From: the human T2T-CHM13v2.0 reference genome, Homo sapiens
Direction: 5' to 3' (one strand)
DNA length: 64,000 nucleotides
Assembly (NCBI RefSeq): GCF_009914755.1
Contig: NC_060932.1
Position 1 is the stretch's first letter, and every line of letters starts with the position of its first letter. Under the pieces are notes generated by a model. It was not told where the DNA came from. It made no database searches and saw nothing but the letters and a program-made list of their open reading frames with translations. Below, piece by piece: positions 1 to 14,075 of this stretch. A program made the translations under genes and the position numbers.

Positions 1-281
<281 letters not shown>

Positions 282-1206
282 AGTTTTTCCATACACTTTT
301 GGTGGAACCTTTTAATACAGATATTTTTCTAAGTGAGCTGTGATATCTCTACAGTGTTTTCAAGATAGTATTCCTTCCCATTTCTCCCATTGTTTCCTAT
401 TATGTTCAAACCAAATGAATCTGCTTGCTTCTCCTGGCTTCACATTAATGGCATACTTATGCCTCCTTAGTAAGATTTCTCATAAAGAATTGCATGATTC
501 AATTAAACATGGAGAGAAGAAAAGATGCTAGTTCTAATACCTTCACCTCATTAAATTAGTTTGAAGGAAACAAAAAGGTAGAGAAAGGCTTTGTTAAAGG
601 ATGAAGTAGGTTTTAGTAGCACAGGTAATAGGAAAGAACAGCCTAGGCACAGGAAACTATCAACATAGGTAGAAAAGTTACAGAAGTCATTCAATGACTT
701 CAGGGATACTGGTTAAAACTTCCACTATAATTTGTAGATGATAATAGCAGCAAAAATAGAAACTACCACTTAAATACTATCATTTACTGACTTTATTTTA
801 TGTACAAAATCATTCATATATTTTAATTACATTTAACCCTTATTATAACACCATTTTAGATGAGTATTTTTTTTTTCAAATGAGAAAATGGAATTTCTCT
901 GAGGTTAAGTACCTTGCTAAAATGAGTGATAAAAATGAAATTCAAGAGAATCAAAGCTTTTTGTATTTCTACAACATCATAGAATTTGGAGGCTAAATTT
1001 TGCTATTGGGGAATCATAAGTGTAATGCATGATTATGAGCAACTCCTGAACACCACTCTATATTGAAAAAGAGAGGTTATTGAAAGAGTAGAATTTTTCA
1101 CAAAAAAAGAAACTTAGTGTAGAGAGGACAAGAAGGACAGGACCTCTTCCACTGAGGCCCATTGAGAATATAACCAGTAACTCCTGGGAATAGTCGCAGG
1201 TTTGGT

Positions 1207-1350
1207 AATCTCATAAGCAATATATCTGGATTTCACCAAGGAATTTGGCAAAGACTTGTGTAATTTTTTGGCAGACAAGGCTGAGAAATATGCGATGATG
1301 ATATAGTTAAAATCAGAGCTGGTTTAAAACTTGTAATCAGTGAGCTTTTA
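1207..1350 (+). repeat. Local duplicate of 3077-3222 (CR1/L3 RT fragment)
   Basis: The first 52 nt are identical to 3077 onward; the rest differs by only a few substitutions and indels. Confidence 0.95.
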
Positions 1351-1720
1351 ATATTGGTTAAGAATGAAATAAATCTGTGTTCTAATCTCATATACGTTAT
1401 TAAGTAGACACAAAGACCTTGAGAAAGTCATTAGCCCTTCCAGACAGTATTATTATTAGTTCATCTACAAAAGAGGTTTGGAAATACATATCTCAGTTGC
1501 CATGAGTAATATATTGAAAAAGAGAAATGTAACCAATGAAAAATAAAAATTTATAACTCTATTCCTAAAGAATTTGTCTGAAATATAAAAATCTAGAATA
1601 AGTTTGGACTTCTCTACATGATATACCTGATAAAAGATATTCAGATTATGTTTGGTGTGGGAAAATTAATTAGAAAGTTCTAGCACCCCAGCTTGGAGGC
1701 ACTAGAATAACATTAAAAGA

Positions 1721-1830
1721 TAAACAAAAGATGAAAGATTAAAAACAAAATATATATAAATAAGGTCTCTCTATTTAAACAAAAGATGAAAGATTAAAAA
1801 CAAAATACATATAAATAAGGTCTCTCTATT
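1721..1830 (+). repeat. Tandem duplication, 2 x 55 bp
   Basis: TAAACAAAAGATGAAAGATTAAAAACAAAATA(T/C)ATATAAATAAGGTCTCTCTATT at 1721-1775 and 1776-1830, one mismatch. Confidence 0.97.
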
Positions 1831-1897
1831 TATTACTTATTTCCTAAAGTGAACAGCCTTGGTTTCCTACCCAGCATTATCCCATTTCCCCTTAACT

Positions 1898-2172
1898 TCT
1901 TCTTTTTTTTTTTTTTTTTTGAGACAGAGTCTCGCTCTGTCCCCCAGGCTGGAGTGCAGTGGCGCAATCTCGCTCACTGCAAGCTCCGCCTCCCGGGTTC
2001 ATGCCATTCTCCTGCCTCAGCCTCCTGAGTAGCTGGGATTACAGGCGCCCGCCACCATGCCCGGCTAATTTTTTGTATTTTTAGTAGAGACGGGTTTCAC
2101 TGTGTTAGCCAGGATGGTCTCGATCTCCTGACCTCGTGATGCACACGCCTCAGCCTCCCAAAGTGCTGGGAT
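1898..2172 (-). mobile_element. AluY, missing about 30 nt of its 5' end
   Basis: Poly-T then the Alu body; AluY diagnostics GCAAGCTCCGCCTCCCGGGTTCATGCCATT and TTAGCCAGGATGGTCTCGATCTCC; stops at AAGTGCTGGGAT. Confidence 0.93.
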
Positions 2173-2199
2173 GTTCATACTTTCTCCAAGCTTGTTCTT

Positions 2200-2633
2200 A
2201 TTCCTATTGGGTAGATACTAATTCATTTAATCCATTTGGACTATGATGATACATGGATGGGACTGTGACATGTGGGTGCCCAATCATTCTAGAAGGAAAG
2301 CTTAACATTCTTAGAAGAATTTCTCTCTTTCTCATTTTCTCATTCTCTGTCTTCTGTCTCTCCAGTGTAATATGAATCAGAAAACATGAACTCAGACTGA
2401 TGCTGGAAGCCACCTTATGACTATAAGCAGAATCAGCCTCGTTATGACGTTGATGCTATAAGCAACGGACTGAAAGATACAAAGAGCAAGCAGACAGGAT
2501 GGTAATGTTGAGACACAAATTAACAAATGCTGAAGCCTGATCTACTCCTGAAAGTTATACATACCTTAATTATCTTAGGCAGTTTGAGTTGGAATTCCTG
2601 TTACTTTCAGCCAAGAGCACCTTAGCTGGTACA
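2200..2633 (+). mobile_element. Old MaLR LTR relic (MLT1J/K-like)
   Basis: 3' end resembles MLT1: GCAGTTTGAGTTGGAATTCCTGTTACTTTCAGCCAAGAGCACCTTAGCTGGTACA. Confidence 0.55.
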
Positions 2634-2999
2634 CTCTGTGTTCTTTATTAAGGCAAATGATTATCAAACTGGAACAATAATACACATGTGAACAGATGAA
2701 CATTAAAGTTCCAGGTGTGCCTGGATGACAGTGTTAGAGAATCCAGCTCTTTGGAATAAATTCAAGACTAGGTGCATCTTGGAATATGGACTTAATTTAT
2801 TTATGTGATACCAAAAAGATAATGCAGGTGTAGTCCCAGAATTACTACAAATAATTCTAGAAATCTTATAAACCAGAATGGGTATAAATTCTAGAAATTA
2901 CAGACTGTGTATTTCTTGGGGCAGGCAGAAGTCCAGACTGAACAATAATAAGGGTGATTTGTGAGTTCTTCTAAAGTGAAGTGATGATCATTATGAGCT

Positions 3000-3960
3000 A
3001 ATACCGGTACCTTAAGTCAGGCCAAACTTACCTCATTCCCTTTCATGAGAAAGTTAGCAAATTCACAGATTCAGTAAATCTCATAAGCAATATATCTGGA
3101 TTTCACCAAGGAATTTGGCAAAGACTTGCATAATTTTTTTGGCAGACAAGGCTGAGAAATATGCGATAGATCATACAGTGAAAATCAGAGCTGGTTTAAA
3201 ACTTGTAATCAATGAGCTTTTATTAATGGATAAATGCCACCATGGAGGGAGGTATCACAGGCTTCTCTTAAGTGACTCATCTCATGTGATATTTTTATCA
3301 ATAATGAAGATGAAGATATTGAAGTCATCCTTCTCAAGATTCGGAGTGCTTTCCAAGTTGGTTAAAAGAGATAGCTGGCTGGGCACAGTGGCTCACACCT
3401 GTAATCCCAGCACTTTGGGAGGCCGAGGTGGGCAGATTGCCTGAGGTCAGGAGTTCAAGACCAGCCTGGCCAATGTGGTGAAATCCTGTCTCTACTAAAA
3501 ATACAAAAAAAAAAAAAAAAATTAGACAGGTGTGGTGGCATGCGCCTGTGATCCCAGCTACTCTGGAGGCTGAGGCAGGAGAATCACTTGAACACGAAAG
3601 GAAGAGGTTGCAGTGAGCCGAGCTGAGATTGCGCCACTGCACTCCAGCCTGGGTGACAGAGCAAGACTGTCCCCGCCTCCCCCCCACAAAAAGGCTAGTA
3701 ACTTAAAAATGAAAGGGTTCTAATTCTAAAAAGACTCAATTGGCTTCAGTGATTATCTTTTTATAACAAGAGAACATTTTCTAACTGTAATGATTTTAAG
3801 AACTCAGACTTAGTAGGAAAACATATCTTCTGAAGAACAAGATGGCTAAGATAATATACTGAAAGCATGTAAATATGATATACATGTCTGTGTACCTATT
3901 ATGTCTCTGTGGACAACTTTCAAAAGAATACAAATACATATAGATGACAAAATTGCTAGG
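3000..3960 (+). mobile_element. CR1/L3 LINE ORF2 (reverse transcriptase) relic, interrupted by an Alu
   Basis: Translates to IYLDFTKEFGK and [17 protein letters not shown], resembling CR1 RT motifs YLDFSKAFD and NIFINDLD..IE..LSKFADD. Confidence 0.75.
3376..3692 (+). mobile_element. Alu (AluS-like) with a C-rich degenerate tail
   Basis: GGCTGGGCACAGTGGCTCACACCTGTAATCCCAGC...GAGCAAGACTGTC; expanded middle A-run. Confidence 0.96.
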
Positions 3961-4530
3961 TAAGAATTTCATCAAAACTGTAAGGCCCAGAAATTGGCCC
4001 ATGTTTTATACCTTGTAGGTCCAGGGGTAGGGGTTGGGGAGGGTGGCAAATGTGAGAGGACGGCAGTGACTCTAATACGACTCCATTTATCCCTATTAAT
4101 GTGAAGAACTAGTTCCGTTATTAGGAAGACATCCTTATAAAATTATGGGACAGTTAAAAATATAGCTTCCTTTGTCTTATTAAGCTGTCTTGCCTTTTAA
4201 AATGAACATCTGTATTTTGGAGGTATGTATGTGTGTGTGTTTAAATTATTCCCTGATCATATGGAATAATACAGAAATTTACTTGTTGGTGTGATCTTAA
4301 TGATAGATTGAGATTAAGTTAACCATATCCACCCTAAACTTCAGAGTGCCAAAGATCTCTGCCAATCCCCTATTGGAGCTGTTGTGGCATTATTCTAGAA
4401 AAAAATCAACCAAGCGTTGGTAAAGATAAACCAAGCCTTGGTAAAAGTAAGCCTTTAGCTTTGCTAAAGGCTGCAGGATAGTGCCTGGGCTAAAAACAGC
4501 CAGTTCATATAGACATTAGTTTTTCCCCAG

Positions 4531-4550
4531 AGATGGGTGGAAAGCCCACA
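4531..4550 (+). pseudogene. Candidate 20-nt micro-exon (DGWKAH)
   Basis: TTTTTCCCCAG|AGATGGGTGGAAAGCCCACA|GTGAGT; a phase 2-to-1 reading joins 8312. Confidence 0.3.
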
Positions 4551-6149
4551 GTGAGTATCAGACAAAGAGCAGCTGCACAGATTAGGAATTGACATGTCTA
4601 TGTGACCACCCGTCTGAAATATTTTAACTTCTTTCTGGATCCTTTTTTGTTGAATCATGGGAAAGTCATACTTCTGTGATTTCAAATAATTTGCTCTTCA
4701 ACATCTCAGAGCTTGGTACAGCTTAGAATCTCTGTATTAACAGAACATAGTAACCCTTAAGGGAAGGGTACAGTTATTTATTAGATTTGGGTTCATGTCT
4801 TTATAGGTATATTAGTGGCTGATGAAGGAGATTCTAACAGGCCTTTGAAAATAATTGCTTTGTGTGGTAATGGAAGGCTTAGATGGGTTGGCTTTTGTTT
4901 TATGCTTTACCTACTTTTTAGTATTGTTTAAAGTTGTTGTAATAAGAATGTACATTTTTTATAATTTAAAAAATGTTTTATTTTTGAAAACTAACAAGGG
5001 TATGAATTTAGGTTAATTTTGACTTTCAAATGTCACACATAAAAGCTAACTGATATTATTCAGCTGAATATCATGCATAGAAAAAGAGAAAATTTTCCCA
5101 TAAGCTGGTCTGAGCTTACCTTGAGTGTTTTATTATTATTTAATCCTGGTTGCTATATTGTGAGGTGTGAGGTGAATATCAGAAAGTTTATATCAGTGGT
5201 TGTCTATAGGTTGTTTATATGGTTATCTATCAGAGGTTCTGGAAAAGGTATGTTAAAATTTGAGGAGGGCAGAGTCTGACAGCATTTTGTAGCTATGTAG
5301 GCAGGTCTGCAAACTGTCTCATCCTGTAAGAGACTTCTAAACTCTGCTGGAGTTTAAATGTTGGCAAACAATTTGCATTCTTTAAAATCAATGTAGGGGC
5401 TTAATATTCATGCCGTGGGCCACCTTAGTGTGATCACTGATCAAAACAGAAGGTGCTCATGATGAAGGCTCTAGAAAGTAGTTCATGTGTGGAAAACCTA
5501 AAGGCACTGAAGAGTTTCCGTCTAAAGAATTTACAAGGAAAACTTTTAAATGATTAGAGAGGCTCAGAAAGGACAGAGGGCTTGCCTTGTCAAGTACTGA
5601 GCTCTCCAGCTTTATTTACAGAAGCTTGATGATAGCCTGTTTAGGATACTGAAGTGGGTTCCCTATTCTAGTGGGGAAGTTTCTTTATCTTTAAAGTCTT
5701 TCTGAAGATAAGATTGTCTAAATCTTCATCTGGGCCATTAGGATAGATAGGTCATTGCTTTGTCTGTCAAGCAGTCAATATAATTTGAGACCGGAACCAT
5801 CAAAGACACATTGTGGGATTTTTTTTTTTTTCGGCCTACTTTTTGAAGCCTGTTGGATTTCTAGGCTCCCGATTAGAAAACTCACATATATACATATCTT
5901 TTAATAGTTGAAAACAAGAATGTAAAAATAAGTTTCCTCTGCTTGTCTTCACATTCTTTATTTTAATAGAATTTCTAAATGTGTGTTTGTGCTCGGATAT
6001 GATTTAAAAGCTTTAGATATTTGGTGATGCCAGTTGCCTTTTTTTCCCTTTTTTACACCATTACACCATTTAATCTTTTGTGCAAAATTTTTATCTTTTT
6101 TCTAAACAATATTTTGGTGTAAACATTACACTTTTTTGTTAGAGTGTAA

Positions 6150-6390
6150 TATTAAGTGTTTGCAATATGCCAGGTGCTCTTCTAAGTGCTATACCAGGGT
6201 GGGACCATTTCATCCTTGCAAAGTCTGTATGATGAAGATAATGTCTTTAACCTTATTTATCATCTATTGAAACTGAGGCACAGAGAAGTTAGGCAACTTG
6301 TTCGAGGTCAGAAAGGTGGTAAATGGTGTGAGCTAAAATTTGAACTCAACAAGTCCTGCTCTAGTCTGTCCCCTGAACCATAATTCTACA
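6150..6390 (-). mobile_element. MIR SINE
   Basis: Core-like AACTGAGGCACAGAGAAGTTAGGCAACTTG...TTTGAACTC. Confidence 0.7.
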
Positions 6391-6677
6391 GTGCCTACAA
6401 AGTCTAGTCTCTGAAGATGACTTCAAAGAAAGCCTAACAATAATTTGGATTTTGGAGAGAAGAAAATAACATTGAAGTATATTAATTTGTTTCCCTTGTC
6501 CTAATATTTTAAGTGAGTTTGGATAGAACAAAAAAAAATTAGAAAAAAATAATTAGTTCTATCACTGCAGCTTGGAGACACTGTAATAACATTAAAAGAT
6601 AAACAGATTGAAAACAAAATATAAATAAATAAATAGAATCTCAGTGGCTAACCCAAAACAGGTGTTCAGGAAATATT

Positions 6678-6998
<321 letters not shown>

Positions 6999-7189
6999 TC
7001 AGTAAATTTGTAAGTGACAGTTGAGTTTCATAATGCACACACACACACACACACATATTTGCATACTTTATTTGCATACTTAAAATAGTGTTGACCATAA
7101 AAGAAATGCATGGTATTAAATAAAAAGGGCATTGCTGATATTTTTCCTGACACTTGACTGAGCAATCAAGGGCTAGATGATGGAGTAGA

Positions 7190-7745
7190 TATTAGTTGAT
7201 TGACCTCCGACATCCTTTGCCTCCGTTTCTCTTCTCAATAGCTTTTATTTTCTGTAAGAGTATCCATGAGGTTCTAAACAGATTGACTCCACTCCTGGGT
7301 CCAGGGGTGAGGTATATAACTCAAGCTGAGGAAATACTTTTATTTGACCACAGTGATTACTTTGGATTGGGGAGGAGGGCAAGACATTCTAATGAGAATG
7401 AATCTCTGAACATCTCTTAGAATGTTGAAACAAAGGGCACTTGTTGACTGGCTGGTGTTGTAAGTGTATGAGGAAACTAAAACTGCCTACAAGCCTTTTT
7501 TGCTGTTCTGCAGGAAGCTAGACCAAGAATGAAGTTAATGCATGGATTAGGGAGAAACAAAGTGAAACTTAGCAAAACTGATCCAGGACCCTGATGACAC
7601 GTGAATGGATCTGATTCACGGTAATAAATTACACACACACCTTAGGTGTACTCTATATTGGATATTGTAATTGCATGAACAAATAAATCCTCCATTTTAA
7701 AAGTTTATTTTTATTTATTATAAAATATATCAAACACTGAGAGAA
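7190..7745 (+). mobile_element. Old MaLR LTR relic (MLT1K/L-like)
   Basis: Degenerate MLT1 motifs, including TGAACAAATAAATCCTCCATTTT near the 3' end. Confidence 0.45.
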
Positions 7746-8311
7746 AAGTTTTACTAATACTCATGGAAGTATAGCCCAGACTTAATCAACCAACTTAACA
7801 CCTTGCCCTGTTTGCTTTAGAACTTTCAAAGAAATAATAAAAATAATTAATTGTAGATGCAACTGAAGTTATGTATACACACTTTTCCAATCTAATTCCC
7901 TTCACTTACTAAATGTTAAGATTTTACTATGTTCTCTGTACAACTTTCAAACAAATGAAAACAACTACAGAATGTGTTGAAGAATTCTCTTAATTTTTTC
8001 TTACTTAGGAACTGCATTCCTTGAGGAAAAGTAGCACAGTTTCATAATTCTTTGTAACCCCCTGTTGGGGCTTTCTCGTAGCAGGTGTTCGATAAATGCG
8101 TCTTGATTATCTATCAGTAAATGAAACATTCTCAAAGAGGTTGAAACCCAAGATTTAGTAGTTGGTCATTAAGGAGCCACGGTGTTAACTGATGAACTGT
8201 GGAGAGACTTCATGCTGTGTAATAAGAAGAGAAATATCTTACTCTAAGAGGGGAGTTACCCAACACCCAGCCTATACTAAATGAAGCTGTTCTTAATTCT
8301 CTTTCTGTGAG

Positions 8312-8424
8312 CTCCTGAACATATGGAGATAGTTAAACTTCTGGTTCAGGGCAGAAGAAACACTAAGCCACAGAGCAGTGAGATAACCAAAAACCTCACA
8401 CAACTCTCAGCACAGGAACTGACG
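8312..8424 (+). pseudogene. Candidate exon (PEHMEIVKLLVQGRRNTKPQSSEITKNLTQLSAQELT)
   Basis: Pyrimidine tract TTCTTAATTCTCTTTCTGTGAG| (weak GAG acceptor), open frame, ACG|GTGACA donor; phase 1-to-0. Confidence 0.4.
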
Positions 8425-8505
8425 GTGACAAAACTTATCAAATATATTTGAATGCAAAACAGCTCAGCTTACCAGTAATTTCTTCTGCTTGTAGTTGTTA
8501 TGGTG

Positions 8506-8508
<3 letters not shown>

Positions 8509-8539
<31 letters not shown>
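8509..8539. repeat. (GT)n microsatellite
   Basis: About 15 GT units. Confidence 0.97.
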
Positions 8540-8540
<1 letters not shown>

Positions 8541-8574
8541 ATGCAATGTTTGTGCAGAAATTCTGGAAGATATA

Positions 8575-8905
8575 GGCCAGGCATGGTGGCTTACGCCTGT
8601 AATCCCAGCAACTTGGGAGGCCGAGGCGGATGGATCACTTGAGGTCAGGAGTTATAGACCAGCCTGGCTAACGTGGTGAAACCCCTTCTCTACTAAAAAT
8701 ACAAAAATTAGCCGTGTGTGGTGGAGCACACCGGTAGTCCCAGCTACTCAGAGGCTGAGGCAGGAGAATCGATTGAACCCAGGAGATGGGGGTTGCAGTG
8801 AGATGGGATTGGATTGCACCACTGCACTCCAGCCTGGGTGACAGAGTGAGACTCTGTCTCAAAAAAAAAAAAAAGAAAAAGAAAGAAAGAAAGAAAAAAA
8901 AAGAA
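8575..8905 (+). mobile_element. Alu (AluS) with target-site duplication (TSD)
   Basis: Full Alu, A/GAAA tail, ATTCTGGAAGATATA on both flanks. Confidence 0.96.
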
Positions 8906-9101
8906 ATTCTGATTCTGGAAGATATAGAGCCACATTACACAATAAGAGATACCATAATATAAAAGTTGGAATAAGCCATATGTGAATTTAAATTCTGGTT
9001 GTATTATTTACTTAACTTTTTGTGACCTGGAGACAGTTTGAACATGAGTTTTCTTGCCTGGAAAATAGGTATAAAATGATTCACCCTTAGGAATATTATT
9101 A

Positions 9102-12100
9102 TTTATAATTTTAACTTTTATTTTAGATACAGGGGGTACATGGGCAGGTTTCTTACATGGGCATATTGTGTGATGTTGGGGTTTGGGGTATGGATGATCC
9201 ATTTACCCAGGTAGTGAGCATAGTACCTAACAGGTAGTTTTTCAACTCGTCCTCCTCCCTCTCTCCCTACTCTGATTGTCCTTAGTGTCTATTGTTCTCA
9301 TCTTTATGTCCATGAGTACTCAGTGTCTAGCTCCCACTTATCAGAGAGAAGATGCAGTATTTGGTTTTGTGTTGTGGTGTAATTCGCTTGGATAATGGCC
9401 TCCAACTGCATCCATGTTGCTGCAAAAAAATCATTCCTTTTTATGCCTGTGTAGTATTCCATGGTGTATATGTACCACATCTTCTTTATCTAGTTCACTG
9501 TTGATGGGCATTTAGGGTGATTCCTTGCCTTTGCTATTGTGATTAGCGCTGTGATGAACATGCAAGTGCATGGGTCTTTTTGGTGGAATGATTTAATTTC
9601 CTTTGGGTATATATCCAATAGTGGGATTACTGGGTTGAATGGTAGCTCTGTTTTAAGTTTTTTGAGCAATATCCAAACTGCTTTCTATAGTGGCTGAACT
9701 AATTTACATTCCTACCAATAGTGCGTAAGCATTCCCTCACCAGTATCTATTGTCTTTTGACTTTTTAATAGTAGCCATTCTGATTGGTGTGACATCTCAA
9801 CATACCAACTGGTGCGGTATCTCACTGTGGTTTTGATTTGCATTTCTCTGATGATTAGTGATAATAAGCATTTTTTTCATATGTTTGTTGACCATTTGTA
9901 TACCTTCTTTTGAGAAGTATCTGTTCATGTCTTTTGTCCGCTTTTTAATTTTTTTTTAAGTTCCTCATAGATTCTAATATTATACCTTTGTTGGATGCAT
10001 AGTTTGCAAATAGTTTCTCTCATTCCATAGGTTGTGTGTTTACTTTGTTGATAGCTTCTTTTGGTGTACAGAAGCTCTTTAGTTTAATTTGTTTCCACTT
10101 GTCAATTTTTGTTTTTGTTGCAATTGCTTTTGAAGACTTAGTCATAAATCCTCAAGGCTGATGTCCAGAACAGAATTTCCTAGATTTTCTTCTAGGGTTT
10201 TTATGATTTGAGATCTTACACTTAAAACTCTAATCCATTTTTAATTAGTTTTTGTTTATGGTGATGGGTAGGGATCCAGTTTTATTCTTCTGCAAATGGC
10301 TAGCCTACTATCTCAGCACCATTTATTGAATAGGAAGCTCTTTTCCCATTGCTTATTTTTGTAGACTTTTTCAAAGATAAGTTGGTTGTACGTGTGTAGC
10401 TTTATTTCTGTTTTCTCTATTCTGTCCCATTGATCTATGGGTCTGTTTTTGTACTAGTACCATGTTGTTTTGGTTACTGTAGCCTTATAGTATAGTTTGA
10501 AGTCAGGTAGTGTGATGCCTTCAGCTTTGTTCGTTTTGCTTAGGATTGCTTTGGCTATTTGGGCTCTTTGATGCTGTCTGAATTTTAGGATAGTTTTTTC
10601 TATTTCTGAGAAAAATGATACTGATAGTTTGATAGGAATAGCATTGAATCTGTGGATTGCTTTGGGCAGTATGGCCATTTTAATGATATGGATCCATCTA
10701 ATCCATGAGCATGGAATGTTTTTCCATTTCTTTGTGTTATCTATGATTGCTTTCAGCAGTGTTTTGTAGTTCTCCTTGTAAAGATCTTTCACTTCCTTGA
10801 TTAGATGTATTCTGAGGTATTTCCTTTGTGTGTGTGTGGCTGTTGAAAATGGGATTTGTTCTTGATTTGAAGCTCAGCTTGAACATTATTAGTGTATAGA
10901 AATGCCAATAATTTTGTGCATTGATTTTGTATCCTGAAACTTTACTGAAGTTATTTATCAGCTCTAGGAGCCTTTTGGTGTAGTCTTAGGGTTTTCTCAG
11001 TATAGAATCATATTGTCCATGAAGAGAGATAGGAAATGACTCCTTATTTTCCTATTTGGATGCCTTTTCTTTTTTCTGATGCCTGATTGCTCTGGCTAGG
11101 ACTTCCACTACTGATTTGAATTGGAGTGGTGAGAGTGGGCATCTTGTCGTTTTCTGGTTCTTAAGGTGAATGCTTCCAGCTTTTGCCCATTTAATAAGAT
11201 GTCTGTGGGTTTGTCAAAGATGGCTCTTAATATTTTGAGGTAAATTCCACTGCCCAGTCTGAGGGTTTTCATCATGAAGGGATGTTAGATTTTATCAAAA
11301 GCATTTTCTGCCTCTATCAAGATGATCATTTTTTTGTTTTTATTTCTGTTTATCTGGTGAATCACATTTATTGATTTGCATATGTTGAACCAACCTTGCA
11401 TCCCAGGAATAAAGCCTAATTGATTATGGTATATTAACTTTTGGATGTGCTGCTGGATTTGGTTTGATAGTACTTTGTCAAGAATTTTTGCATCTAAGTT
11501 CATCAAGGATATTGGCCTGACAGTTTTTTTTTTTTTCATTGTGTCTTTGCCAGATTTTGGTATCTGACTGATGCTGTCTTCGTGGAATGAGTTAGGAAAG
11601 AGTCCCTCCTCGTCAACTGTTGGGAATACATTCAGCAGGGTTGGTATCATTGCATGTCTGGCAGAATTTGACTAGGAATCCATCTGGTCCAGGATTTTTT
11701 TTGTTGGTAAGTTTTTAATTACTGACTCAATTTCAGAACTTCTTATTGTTCTGCTTAGGTTTTCACTTTCTTCCTGGTTTAGTCTTAGGAGATTGTATGT
11801 TCCAGGAATTTATCCATTTCCTCTATATTTTCTAATTTGTGTGCATAGAATTTTCATAATACTTTCTGCAGATCTTTTCTATCTCTGTGTAAGCAGTTTT
11901 AATGTCATCTTTGTCATTTCTGATTGTACCTAATTTGGATTTTTTTGTTAATTGGTTAATTAATCTTATTTATTATTTTGAATAACTGATTCCTGTTTCC
12001 ATTGATCTTTTATAGGGACTTTTGCATATCAATTTTATTTTGCTCATCTCTAATTTTAGTTATTTATTTTCTTCTGTTAGCTTTGGAGTTGGTTTGTTCT

Positions 12101-13285
12101 TTTCTAGTTTATCTAGGTGCAATGTTAGATTGTTAATTTGAGATCTTTCTAACTTCTTGGTGAAAGTGTTTAGTGCTATAAACTTTCCTCTTAACACTGC
12201 TCTAGCTACATCCCAAGAATTTTGGTGAGTTGTATCTCTATTTTCATTAATTTCAATGAATTTTTTATTTCTGGCTTAATTTCATTTTTCACCCAAGAGT
12301 TGTTCAGGAATAAGTTGTTTAATTTCCATGCATTTGAGTTGTTTTGAGAGATCTTGTTATTGGTTTGTGTTTTTATTGCACTGTGTGGTCCAAGAGTGTG
12401 CTTGGCATGATTTTGATTTTTAAAAAAATTTATTTAGACTTACTTTATGACTGATCATGTGGTCAATCTTAGTATATGTTCCATGTGCAGATGAGAAGAA
12501 TGTATACTCTGTGGTTGTTGGGTGGACTATTCTGTAGATGTCTATTAGTTCCAATTGGTCAAGTGTCAAGTTTTAAGACCAGAATTTCTTTCTTAGTTTC
12601 TGCCTCGATAATAACACTGTCAGTGGGGTGTTAAAGTGTGCCACTATTATTATTTGGCTGTCTAGGTCTCTCCATAGGCCAAGAAGTACTTTTTTTTTTA
12701 TGAATCTGGGTGCTCCAATGTTGAGGATATATACGTTTATAATAGTTAAGTCTTCTTGTTGAATTGAACCCTTCATTATTATGTAATCCCTTCTTTATTC
12801 TTCTTAATTGTTAGTTTAACATCTATCTTATCTGATGTAAAAATTATGACCCCTATTATTTTTTGTTTTCTGTTTGCATGGTAGATTTTTCTTCATCCCC
12901 TTACTTGGAGACTGTGGATGTTGTTACATATGAAGCGGGTCTCTCAAAGACAGCAGATAGTTTTGTCTTGTCTTTTATCCAGCTTGCCACTCTTTGTTTT
13001 TTAAATGTGCATTTAGACTGTTTAAATTAAGGGTTAATATTGACATGTGTGATTTTGATGCTGTCATCGTGTTGTTAGCTGGTTTTTTTTAGACTTGTGT
13101 AACTGCTTTACAGTGTTTGTGGGTTATGTGCTTAAGTGTGTTTTTGTAGTAGCAGGTGTTGTTCTTTCACTTTCATGTTTAGCACTCCCTTAAGGAACTT
13201 TTGTAAAGCTAGTCCAGTTGTAACAAATTTCCTTAGCATTTGCTTGCCTGAGAAGGATTTTATTTCTCTTTCACTTACATAACTG
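9102..13285 (-). mobile_element. 5'-truncated L1 (L1PA15/16-like): end of ORF1, decayed ORF2 and 3' UTR
   Basis: Minus-strand ORFs 10454-10792, 11285-11650, 12573-12776 and 13132-13332 match L1 ORF2/ORF1; 3' UTR signature GGGGTACATG..CCCAGGTAGTGAGCATAGTACC. Confidence 0.93.
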
Positions 13286-13569
13286 TTGAATGGATGATTT
13301 TTGTAAGAGCAAATGTCTGCTGGGGTAAACAAGTAAATAAATGGGAGCTATCTCACAATTTTGTGTGAATAATTATGCTGGAAATTTACATGGATATTCA
13401 GAATGGTCTATTCCAAAGATGTGTGTCTGAGATTTGTGTTTACCTCCTTTTAATTCACGAGTTTATTATAATCTTTTTCTTAGATCTGTCTTTTCATCTG
13501 CTATTTTATGATGGATACAAATCTTAGAAACAGAAAGCATTTACAAAACAAGTTATGAAAGAGTCCCAG

Positions 13570-13990
13570 TGTGGATGGTACATGGTGAATATGAAGAGAA
13601 GACTTAGGTTTGGGACTTAATTCCTACATTAAGTTGCTATGTTACTTTTGCAAACTCTCTTCTCTCCTGTGAGCATCAGATCTATGATCGGAGAATAAGG
13701 GAATGAAGTTAGATCAACTCTAAAGTTTCTTCCAGCTCTAAAATTTTAAGTGGCATTGAAGTTAAAAGACTAGGACTATTGGAAAAGGCAGTATGGTGTT
13801 GAAGAACAAACTAGGCAGGTGTGGTTCATATTCTTGCTCTTCTGCCAGCTGTGTGACTTGGGGCCAGTTGCTCAACTTTAGATAGGCTGTATGGTATAGC
13901 AAGTAAGAACCCTGGGCTGAGGCTGAATTCATATCCTAGTTTTGTCATTGAATTATGCTGTGAACTTGGACAATTCATTTTCTCCAAGTT
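13570..13990 (+). mobile_element. MIR/MIR3 fragments
   Basis: Several core-like pieces, e.g. CCAGCTGTGTGACTTGGGGCCAGTTGCTCAAC. Confidence 0.55.
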
Positions 13991-14075
13991 TAAAAGGGCA
14001 CTTAAAACACATGGTGTGTAGTTTACACTAAACAAGTGAGCATTTGGAAAGCAGAATAATATGTCTGCCTTACAC

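Noticed and set aside
3115-3444. 109-aa ORF
   Set aside because: CR1/L3 relic running into an Alu
4073-4083. TAATACGACTC, the start of the T7 promoter
   Set aside because: Only 11 nt match, ACTATAG does not follow, and there is no vector context
8320-8349. HMEIVKLLV as evidence of an ankyrin-repeat gene
   Set aside because: Resembles ankyrin helix 2, but no TPLH.A motif or further repeats are visible, so no family was assigned
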